A stretch of 64,000 nucleotides of DNA, taken from positions 284,518,001 through 284,582,000 of the forward strand of contig OZ024740.1 of the NCBI GenBank assembly GCA_964016885.1, given 5' to 3'. The stretch's first letter is position 1, and each line of letters starts with the position of its first letter. Made by a program: the position numbers and the translations under genes. The notes under the pieces were generated by a model. That model saw only the letters and a program-made list of their open reading frames with translations. It did not search any database and was not told the origin of the DNA. Below, piece after piece: positions 51,684 through 62,509 of the stretch. This DNA is from Eledone cirrhosa (lineage: Eukaryota).

Positions 51684-54600
51684 TCATCATCATCATCATC
51701 ATCGTCATTACCACTTTACATTTTCCATGCTTGTATGGGTTATATGTGTTGTCTCATTCTAAGATTAGACTAATCAAAAAACCAGTTTCTTTGGCTAGAT
51801 GCCTTTCCTAATGCCAACCACTTTACAGCATACACTGGGTGCATTTTATCATGACACCTTCACTGCCACCTTACAGGGTTGACTGGGTGCATTTTATCAT
51901 GGTACCATTACTATCACTTTACAGAGTGAGCTGGGTACTTTTTATTGTGGTACCATTACTATCACTTTACAGGGTGGGCTGGGTGTTTTTTTATTGTGGT
52001 ACCAATGCTACCACTTTACAGAGTGAGCTGGGTGTTTTTTATTGTGGTACCAATGCTACCATTTTACAGGGTGGGCTGGGTGCATTTTATCATGACACCT
52101 TCACTACCACCTTACAGCGTTGACTGGGTGCATTTTATCATGGTACCATTACTATCACTTTACAGGGTGGGCTGGGTGTTTTTTTATTGTGGTACCAATG
52201 CTACCACTTTACAGAGTGAGCTGGGTGTTTTTTATTGTGGTACCAATGCTACCACTTTACAGAGTGAGCTGGGTGTTTTTTATTGTGGTACCAATGCTAC
52301 CACTTTACAGGGTGGGCTGGGTGCATTTTATCATGACACCTTCACTACCACCTTACAGCGTTGACTGGGTGCATTTTATCATGGTACCATTACTATCACT
52401 TTACAGGGTGGGCTGGGTGTTTTTTTATTGTGGTACCAATGCTACCACTTTACAGAGTGAGCTGGGTGTTTTTTATTGTGGTACCAATGCTACCACTTTA
52501 CAGAGTGAGCTGGGTACTTTTTATTGTGGTACTAATGCTACCACTTTACAGAGTGAGCTGGGTACTTTTTATTGTGGTACCAATGCTACCACTTTACAGA
52601 GTGAGCTGGGTACTTTTTATTGTGGTACCAATGCTACCACTTTACAGAGTGAGCTGTGTACTTTTTATTGTGGTACCAATGCTACCACTTTACAGAGTGA
52701 GCTGGGTACTTTTTATTGTGGTACCAATGCTACCACTTTACAGAGTGAGCTGGGTACTTTTTATTGTGGTACCAATGCTACCACTTTACAGAGTGAGCTG
52801 GGTACTTTTTATTGTGGTACCAATGCTACCACTTTACAGAGTGAGCTGGGTGCTTTTTATTGTGGTACCAATGCTACCACTTTACAGAGTGAGCTGGGTA
52901 CTTTTTATTGTGGTACCAATGCTACCACTTTACAGAGTGGGCTGGATACTTTTTATTGTGGTACCAATGCTACCACTTTACAGAGTGAGCTGGGTACTTT
53001 TTATTGTGGTACCCATGCTACCACTTTACAGAGTGAGCTGGGTACTTTTTATTGTGGTACCAATGCTACCACTTTACAGAGTGAGCTGGGTACTTTTTAT
53101 TGTGGTACCCATGCTACCACTTTACAGAGTGAGCTGGGTGCTTTTTATTGTGGTACCCATGCTACCACTTTACAGAGTGAGCTGGGTACTTTTTATTGTG
53201 GTACCAATGCTACCACTTTACAGAGTGAGCTGGGTGCTTTTTATTGTGGTACCAATGCTACCACTTTACAGAGTGAGCTGGGTACTTTTTATTGTGGTAC
53301 CAATGCTACCACTTTACAGAGTGAGCTGGGTACTTTTTATTGTGGTACTAATGCTACCACTTTACAGAGTGAGCTGGGTACTTTTTATTGTGGTACCAAT
53401 GCTACCACTTTACAGAGTGGGCTGGATACTTTTTATTGTGGTACCAATGCTACCACTTTACAGAGTGAGCTGGGTACTTTTTATTGTGGTACCAATGCTA
53501 CCACTTTACAGAGTGAGCTGGGTGCTTTTTATTGTGGTACCAATGCTACCACTTTACAGAGTGAGCTGGGTACTTTTTATTGTGGTACCAATGCTACCAC
53601 TTTACAGAGTGGGCTGGATACTTTTTATTGTGGTACCAATGCTACCACTTTACAGAGTGAGCTGGGTACTTTTTATTGTGGTACCACTTTACAGAGTGAG
53701 CTGGGTGCTTTTTATTGTGGTACCAATGCTACCACTTTACAGAGTGAGCTGGGTACTTTTTATTGTGGTACCCATGCTACCACTTTACAGAGTGAGCTGG
53801 GTACTTTTTATTGTGGTACCAATGCTACCACTTTACAGAGTGAGCTGGGTGCTTTTTATTGTGGTACCAATGCTACCACTTTACAGAGTGAGCTGGGTAC
53901 TTTTTATTGTGGTACCAATGCTACCACTTTACAGAGTGGGCTGGATACTTTTTATTGTGGTACCAATGCTACCACTTTACAGAGTGAGCTGGGTACTTTT
54001 TATTGTGGTACCAATGCTACCACTTTACAGAGTGAGCTGGGTGTTTTTTATTGTGGTACCAATGCTACCACTTTACAGAGTGAGCTGGGTACTTTTTATT
54101 GTGGTACCAATGCTACCACTTTACAGAGTGAGCTGGGTGTTTTTTATTGTGGTACTAATGCTACCACTTTACAGAGTGAGCTGGGTACTTTTTATTGTGG
54201 TACCAATGCTACCACTTTACAGAGTGAGCTGGGTACTTTTTATTGTGGTACCAATGCTACCACTTTACAGAGTGAGCTGGGTACTTTTTATTGTGGTACC
54301 AATGCTACCACTTTACAGAGTGAGCTGGGTGCTTTTTATTGTGGTACCAATGCTACCACTTTACAGAGTGAGCTGGGTACTTTTTATTGTGGTACCAATG
54401 CTACCACTTTACAGAGTGGGCTGGATACTTTTTATTGTGGTACCAATGCTACCACTTTACAGAGTGAGCTGGGTACTTTTTATTGTGGTACCAATGCTAC
54501 CACTTTACAGAGTGAGCTGGGTGTTTTTTATTGTGGTACCAATGCTACCACTTTACAGAGTGAGCTGGGTACTTTTTATTGTGGTACCAATGCTACCACT

Positions 54601-55170
54601 TTACAGAGTGAGCTGGGTACTTTTTATTGTGGTACCAATGCTACCACTTTACAGAGTGAGCTGGGTGCTTTTTATTGTGGTACCAATGCTACCACTTTAC
54701 AGAGTGAGCTAGGTACTTTTTATTGTGGTACCAATGCTACCACTTTACAGAGTGGGCTGGATACTTTTTATTGTGGTACCAATGCTACCACTTTACAGAG
54801 TGAGCTGGGTGTTTTTTATTGTGGTACTAATGCTACCACTTTACAGAGTGAGCTGGGTACTTTTTATTGTGGTACCAATGCTACCACTTTACAGAGTGAG
54901 CTGGGTACTTTTTATTGTGGTACCAATGCTACCACTTTACAGAGTGAGCTGGGTACTTTTTATTGTGGTACCAATGCTACCACTTTACAGAGTGAGCTGG
55001 GTACTTTTTATTGTGGTACCAATGCTACCACTTTACAGAGTGAGCTGGGTGCTTTTTATTGGGGTACCAATGCTACCACTTTACAGAGTGAGCTGGGTGT
55101 TTTTTATTGTGGTACCAATGCTACCACTTTACAGAGTGGGCTGGGTGCATTTCATTGTGGCACCAGCACT
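51684..55170 (-). repeat. RTE-tail element with a 48-bp array expanded to ~70 units
   Basis: (CAT)n, ttccatgcttgtatgggtt and gatgcctttcctaatgccaacc (reverse RTE tail) lead directly into the unit ccactttacagagtgagctgggtactttttattgtggtaccaatgcta (51818-55170). Confidence 0.93.
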
Positions 55171-55928
55171 TCTATTTTATAACACTAGGGACTGAGAAAG
55201 ACGGTGATGGGAAGTGAGGTGGTGGCTAAAATAAGAAGGGAACAAGTTACATGCTACTTCCTGAGAAACTAAGTTAGGTCATGGGGTTGGATTTGATGAA
55301 AATGAGTAACATCTGGCAATTCATTTAGGAGTGCACTTATTTTTCCATGCTGGCATGGGTTGGATATGAGGTGGGCAGTAAGCATTTGGGTCATATGGGT
55401 GGCCTTGTTTAATGTGAGTGGCAAAGGAAAGAGATTAAGGTGGGGTGATTAGATAATGGGAAAGGAATCATAAGAAAGAGAAAGAGAAGAAAAGAAATGA
55501 AAGAAAAGGAGGGAGAGAGGGATTAAGAGAGTTGGAATAATGTATAGAAAGACTGACAAGACTGAGGGGAAGTGTGTATAGACATTAATATTGGAACAGA
55601 TGGTAAGATATACTGTAAATGCTGGGGTAGAGATGTTGAGATTCTTTCATATTGTTCTGGAAGTACTTAATATGTAATTGGTTTGAAGCAGAAATATATC
55701 TGGAATAGGAATATGCTTTAAAATTTTCAGTTTTAATTTCCTATGTGCAGACATGAGGAGGTTTCTTCTCTTCTATTTAGAATATTACCAAATAGAGTCA
55801 ATATTTTAAACATTTCATTGTGCATAAGTTATATTTGTTGGTATATATTGTTTTCACTGCTATATGTCACTTACTTTAAGGGTCTTTAATTTCTTGATCT
55901 TTCAGCTCTAGATAAGTAGGCAGGTAAG

Positions 55929-55959
<31 letters not shown>

Positions 55960-56182
55960 TAAATTTGAGTATGTGTTGGTTGGTTACTGACACCTCAGTA
56001 TGCAGGGTAGAGCACTCGACAAAGTGTACAGGTGGGTCTGTTTACTCTGGAGTAATTTATGCCACCAGTTCTTTGAGAAAATAACACCATACATCGGGAC
56101 AGGGCATATCAAAGGATTGAAATAACAAAGGTAAACTTTGTTCCATCATTATGTTTTCTTTTGTTTTTTCTGTTTAAGTTCT

Positions 56183-56255
56183 AGCTGTCTGATGAGGTCA
56201 TAGCTGTTGAATAATGGTTATCACCAAAATATATATAGAAGCAAATATGAATAAA
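56183..56255 (+). ncRNA. Degenerate hammerhead-like motif in a (TA)n-flanked element (55962-56285)
   Basis: CTGATGA-ggtcatagc..ggttatcacc-aAAA-tatatata, then AATAAA; G12 is mutated and stem I is poor. Confidence 0.4.
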
Positions 56256-56410
56256 TGAATTAAATTTTAACCTTGTTATTTTTATATATATATAACAATA
56301 TTTTTTCATATATATATATATGAAAAAATATTGTTTTTTAAAAAAACAATATAAAAACTGGAAAGAGGTCGGTGGAGAAGTCAAAACAGCTCAAAATAAT
56401 TTATTATAAT

Positions 56411-56557
56411 AATTGTTTCTACTTTAGGCACAAGGCCATCAATTACCCAGTGCATTACTGGTACTTTATTTTATCGACCCCGTAAGGATGAAAGACAAAG
56501 TCAACCTCAGCGGGATTTGAACTCAGATCGTAAAGGGACGTAACTATGCTGGAAAGG
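56411..56557 (-). mobile_element. 5'-truncated SINE family A
   Basis: Matches the family consensus. Confidence 0.85.
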
Positions 56558-56628
56558 CTATGTTTCAAACAAGCATGTGTACAAAATCCTATTGTGTTAA
56601 AAATAATAATTACGCATGAAGCAAATTA

Positions 56629-58363
56629 CACCGTGTAACAAAAAAATGTTTTCTCTGTTCCTGGCTTGTAATCACTTATTTTGTGTTGCTTAGGTCCCAA
56701 ATAAATTTTTTAAAAAATGCTATTAAACAGTTAAAAGTTTGAGTTTGTAAAAATTCTAAGCTATTCACTAGAATTATTTGTATGCTGGATTTTACATTGT
56801 ATGTAAGTTTAATTTGCTTATGTTAAATGATTTTTTTATATGTTTCAGGTTAAATTAAAATTATAAAATAAAGAGTAATACCTAAAGAAAATTATAAAAG
56901 TGCAATAAAGTATAAAATTGTTAAAAAGTGGATTAAAGAAATTTATTGATGCTGGATTTTTGCACCCTGAATAAAGGGTAAGTTGTGTTTTAAGCATTTG
57001 TCTCCAGGATGAAGCAGTGGAACTTAGTCAAGGAGGAAGTGCAGGTGACAAGTCAGAGAAGTCGACACAAACCTTTCTCAGGCTTTTACACTCTTAGGGA
57101 TGGCCTCTGCTTCTGCCATGACGTGCCTGGACTGTTTGACGTTATTGGGGTGCCGTTTGTACTCAAGGAGTGGCGGCTATTTATAGACAGCTCCACCACA
57201 AATTTGAAGGCTGTCCTCCTCCACAATGGAAACAAGTTCCCGACACTGCCCCTAGCTCATTCAGTCTGCCTGAAGGAAGATTACTACAGTGTGAAAGTCC
57301 TCTTGGAAGCTCTGCAATACAACCAGTACAATTAGAAAATCATTGGATACTTCAAGATGGTGGCTTTCCTGCTTGGACTCCAAGGAGGCTTTATCAAATT
57401 CCAATGCTTCCTCTGCCTTTGGGACAGCAGAGCCACCTCTGACCACTACAAAAGAAAGAACTGGGAGCAGCAAACAGAATTTGTAGTTGGGACCCGGAAC
57501 GTCATGTGGGAGCCACTGGTTGATCCCAGGATTGTGCTTATGCCGCCACTGCACATTAAGTTGGGGTTAATGAAGCAGTTTGTGAAGGCTCTCAACCAAG
57601 AATCAGCCGTTTTTAAGTACCTTCTTGAGTTCTTTCCCAAGTTATCTGAGGCCAAAATCAAAGGTGGAATGTTTGTTGGACCTCAGATAAAGAAGGTGTT
57701 TGAGTCTACTGAGTTCTCCAATAAGCTCAATAGCATTGAGAGAACAGCATGGAACTGTTTCAAGGCAGTTGTTAAGGGCTTCCTGGGCAACTACAGAGCT
57801 GAAAACTACTAGCAACTGGTGCAGGATCTGATAAAGGCTTTTGGCGCCATGGGATGCAGGATGTCGCTTAAACTCCATATACTGGACGCTCACCTGGAAA
57901 AATTCAAGGACAATATGGGCGCCTACTCAGAAGAATAAGGCAAACGATTCCACCAAGATGTGAAAGAGATAAAGCAGAGGTACCAGGGCCACTACAATGA
58001 AAAGATGATGGGGGACTATATCTGGGGGCTAGAGCGGGAATGCAACCTGGACTACAACCACAAATCCAGGAAATCCAGTCATTTCTGACTTGTATAAGTT
58101 TCTGTTATTTGTTTTTACTTGTTTGCTTTTGATAAGCTTGTGTAATAAAATAAATATATATATTCTGTTGATTTAATTATATGAACTGATAAATTTTTAA
58201 AAAATGTGTTTTTCTTGAAAAATATAAAAATTTTGAAATATCAAACTCCTGACTACAAACCCAAACTTCTGATTAAATAATAGTGTTTTTTTTATAATAA
58301 TGGGATATAACAAACCAGTAAATGACACTATGAACCGGGGAACAAAAAATATGTTACACAGTG
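56629..58363 (+). mobile_element. Chapaev/Chapaev3-type (CMC) DNA transposon, internally deleted
   Basis: Termini CACCGTGTAACA..TGTTACACAGTG with ATTA on both sides. Transposase motifs EWRLFIDSS..LKAVLLHNGN, LLGLQGG..CFLCLWDSRA, PPLHIKLGLMKQFVKAL, GPQI, MSLKLH, SEE*G.RFHQD. Confidence 0.88.
57009..58088 (+). pseudogene. Chapaev3-like transposase, single frame with about three premature stops
   Basis: Stops at 57333, 57810 and ~57936; the N-terminus is absent. Confidence 0.85.
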
Positions 58364-58670
58364 ATTATTCAAAGTAATTATCAAATACGGTTTTACATTA
58401 AATAAAGGACAAAAAGATTGTATATCAATATTCAATGTAAAACTGTATTTGGTAATTACTTTAATGTATATATAGTGATAGATATATAGATATATATTTA
58501 TAGATATATATATGTATTTATAGATATAGATATAGGTAGATAGATATGCGCATGTGTAGTTAGGTAGGTAAGTGACTAAACACTTACATGTACATTTAGC
58601 TAGCTACCTATTTCTGTACATTTAGCTAGCTACCTATCTCACTATATATATATATATATACATACATGCA

Positions 58671-58856
58671 GGCGGTGGATTGGCAGTATCGGTAGAGGGT
58701 CGGACGCCATGCTTTCCAGCATAGTTATGTCTCTTTACGATCTGAGTTCAAATCCCGCCGAGGTTGACTTTGCCTTTCATCCTTACGGGGTCGATAAAAT
58801 AAAGTACCAGTAATGCACTGGGTAATTGCTGGCCTTGTGCCTAAAGTAGAAACAAT

Positions 58857-58858
<2 letters not shown>
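58671..58858 (+). mobile_element. Full-length SINE family A
   Basis: ggcggtggattggcagtatcgg..gagttcaaatccc..gtagaaacaatta. Confidence 0.9.
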
Positions 58859-58887
<29 letters not shown>

Positions 58888-59937
58888 TAGCCTACTTCTA
58901 TTCATTATAGTCCTCGAGGCTATAACAGAGGAGTTTAAGACTGGCTGCTTATGGAAACTTCTCTATGCATATGATCTGATCCTTATAGCCAAGTCCATTA
59001 AAGACCTAGAAAATAAATTCCAACTATGGAAACAGAATTTAGAATCAAAAGGCCTAAGAGTAAACTTAGCCAAATCTAAAGTGCAAGTGAGTAGGGAAGA
59101 AGATAGGACCTTGATTCCTTCAGGGATATGGCCCTGCTCAGTATGTAGAAAGAGAGTAGGCATAAATTCCATATGATGTACACAATTTAAATTTTGGGTA
59201 CACAAGATATGTAGTAGGATAATGAGTAAGCTAACAGGAAAGGAAGACTTTGTTTGTAGAGGATGCACAGGGGTAACGAAGGGGGAGATAGCCAGTAATG
59301 TAAGCTTATTCCAGTCACAGGAAGGACTTATAGAAGTGGTTGATAGCTTCTGCTATCTAGGCAACGTAATTAGCAATGGAGGAGGGGGAGCTCTGAGAGC
59401 ATAATAGCTAGAATAAGGATAGGATGGAAAAAGTTCAGATAGCTACCCCCACTGTTGACCACAAAAGGTTTCTCCCTACATACAAAAAGACGACTATGTG
59501 GGAAGTGCAATGCTGCATGGTAGTGAAACATGGGATATGACTGCAGAGGTGTGTATAGACTGGAGAGAAATGAAGCAACCATGCTTCTTTGGATGTGCAA
59601 TGTATGTGTGAGAGAGAGAGGCAGAACTTGGAGTAGTTGAAGGAGAAGCTGGGTTTAAAAGGAATTTGCAGATGTGTGCAAGAGAGAAGAGTGTATTAGT
59701 TTGGACATGGGATGTGCATGGACAATGATTGTTGGGTGAAGAAGTGCCAGAAAATGCCAGTGGAAGGAAGTCACGATTGAGGTAGACCAAGAAAAACTTG
59801 GACAAAGTTTGTGAGAGCTTACCTCAAATCACTGAGACTCACAGAGGTGATGACAAAGGATCACAATGTGTGGAGAGATGCCGTGCTGAGAAGGACCAGT
59901 CCAACCCATGCAAGCATTATTATTATGATGATGATAA
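58888..59937 (+). mobile_element. Old RTE 3' fragment (divergent subfamily, short 3' UTR)
   Basis: ITEEFKTGC, LESKGLRVNLAKSKV, VDSFCYLG, MLHGSETW, with many lesions; ends aacccatgcaagca and gat repeats. Confidence 0.85.
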
Positions 59938-60373
59938 TTTATTTTTCTTTCTATCTACCTGTCTACCTGTCTACCTGTCTACCTATCTATTTACCTATAT
60001 AACTACCAATGTACATACTTTCATATATATATATATATATATATATATCTACCAACCTATATATATGTGTGTGTATATATATATAAAAACGAAAAAAAAT
60101 GAAACGAAATTTCATTTCTCACTCTTAGTACGGCTGTTACTTAAATATAAGCATGTATACGTACATACATATATGTATACAGACATGTATGTATATATAT
60201 ATACATACTACTGTATGTATATATATATACATACATGCACACATATATATATATGTACGTATGGATTCACCGAATATTTATTATAATGCTCGGTGTATTT
60301 GTAAACAAACATCCCGAATTAAACCGTAGTGTCTAGCAACCATCGTTGCTCATTTGTTCAACACTGACAAAGG

Positions 60374-60420
60374 AATGGTGTACTAGTTTCAAGCTTATTA
60401 GCTATCATCAGCAACGTATA
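60374..60420 (-). ncRNA. Minimal hammerhead ribozyme related to the 40576 copy
   Basis: Minus strand CGTTG-CTGATGA-TAGCT-AATA-AGCTT-GAAAC-TA-GTA-CACC. The core is intact; proximal stem I is weak, while the distal arm gttcaaca/tgttgaac pairs. Confidence 0.7.
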
Positions 60421-60814
60421 CCTTCCTGCCAGATTGTTGAACGTCTGAAAGTATATACTTTCCTTATGCATATTAATGGCTGAGTAGCCCAATTTGCATA
60501 TCGACGTATACATGCTTATATATATATATATATATATATTTGCATATCGATGTATACATGCTTATATATATATATATATATATATATACTCTACTACTAC
60601 GGATATAACCCTCCAGTGTTCTACCTTTATATATATATATATATATATATACATACCACATACCTATATTCCTATCTATTGCACCATTTTAGAAACTATG
60701 AACAATTTTTACAAACTCCAGTGAAGAAGTAAGTCTATGTAGTAAATTATATTTTATCCCTGCCCCCATCCACAGATAATATCCTCTCTGCCCTCTCATC
60801 TCTTACTCTCACTT

Positions 60815-60846
60815 TCCTCTATCTCTCTCTCCCTCTCTCTCTCTCC

Positions 60847-60925
<79 letters not shown>
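60815..60925. repeat. (CT)n microsatellite
   Basis: Direct reading. Confidence 0.95.
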
Positions 60926-60927
<2 letters not shown>

Positions 60928-61640
60928 AATTACAGTTACTCTGTGTACCTGTTGATTTGTGTACTTGCATGTGAATGTGTGCAGACCAAAATGAACACGT
61001 TTGCACAACACATACACACACACACACACCCGCACATACACATTCACACACACATATACAATCACACACACACATACAGTCACGGAGACAGAGAAATGAA
61101 GTAAACGAAAATAGCTGCCAGTAAAGTTATGTTTAGATGATACAGCTGATATAAAATCTTAATCCACCGAATAGTTAGAAGCTTAAAACAGCTGCCAAAT
61201 CCACCACGACCACCCCTTTTGTTTGGAGTCCTTTTCTTACTTACTTTCTTTTTCCTCTACACTCTTTCTTTGTTTTATATTTTTTTCTTTTCCTTCACTT
61301 TTTTCCTTTATTTTTTTTTATTTTCTGCTCTATTTTTCTTTCTTGTTTCTATTTGTTATTTTTGTTATTTTTCAGTTGACAATTAGCGGATGGTTTTGAT
61401 GGTTTCACTTAAAACAGACCAGATGCTAAAATTATAGCTGCCGAGAAACTAGAAATTTGAGAATAATAATAATAATAATTTCTAACATAGGCACAATGCC
61501 AAAAAATGTGAGAGAAGAGAACAGGTGATTATATGGAGTCAAGTACTTGACTAGTACTTTATACTATCAACCACAACATTTGAACACAGAACATAAAGAG
61601 CCATAACTAAATACCACAAGGCATATTGTCTGACATTCCA

Positions 61641-62463
61641 GGGTAAGAACGGGATGGAAGAAGTTCAGGGAACTACTGCCACTGCTAGCTGCAAAAGGCT
61701 TCTTCCTTAAAATGAAAGGCAGACTGTATGATGCCTGTATCCGAACAGCAATGTTACATGGTAGTGAGACCTGGGCGCTGAAGGTGGAAGACTTACGTAG
61801 ATTAGAAAGAAACGAAGCCTGCATGCTCCGATGGATGTGTAACAGTAATATACGCGAACGACAAAGCATAAATGAATTGAGAGAGAGACTGAGCATAAGA
61901 GGAATCAAACGCTGTGTGCAGGAGAGGCAGTTGCGTTGGTATGGACATGTGATGCGTATGAAGGATGATAGCTGCATAAAAAGGTGCAGAGCACTAGAAG
62001 TCAATGGCAACCGCGGAGTGGGGAGACCCAAGAAGACCTGGGATGATGTGATAAAAGCTGACCTTACCCAATTACACCTCTCAAAGGCGTAACTGGGTAA
62101 ACCTCTGGCGTCACGCAGTAATACAGAGTACCCGACCTCCCATGGGTATAAGCTGAAGCATATAGACAATATGCCCCCACACCCTCCCGCTGCAAGGTGG
62201 TCGTGGAGGTGCCACGGCAAAAAAGCACCCAGCCCACACTGTAAAGTGGACGTGTAGGCGCCACCGAAAAAGCACCCAGCACTCACTGTAAATGAGGTTG
62301 GTGTTAGGAAGGGCATCCAGCTGTATAAATCAAGCTAAAATCAGTTCCTGTATGAGCAAGGCATGGTCAGCTGACCGGCTACTGCCCACAGCAGGACAAC
62401 CCGTCTAACCCATGCTAGCGTGGAAGAACGGACGTAAAACGGTGATGATGATGATGATGATGA
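61641..62463 (+). mobile_element. 5'-truncated RTE with 3' UTR (two 48-bp units), inserted in an old SINE
   Basis: MKGRLYDACIRTAMLHGSETW..RQLRWYGHV..GRPKKTW; ATTCCA direct repeat at 61635-61640 and 62463-62468. Confidence 0.92.
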
Positions 62464-62509
62464 TTCCAATGATTCTACCAATCCACTCTGTGAAAATAAT
62501 AATAATAAT

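Noticed and set aside
51818-55170. CRISPR-like regular array, or 1020-aa and 783-aa repeat proteins
   Set aside because: Head-to-tail 48-bp units with no unique spacers and no cas genes; frames stay open only because the unit is a multiple of 3; the array derives from the RTE 3' UTR.
55906-55923. 18-nt micro-exon with good splice signals (ctttcag..CAG|gtaaga)
   Set aside because: Stop codons in all three frames and no other support.
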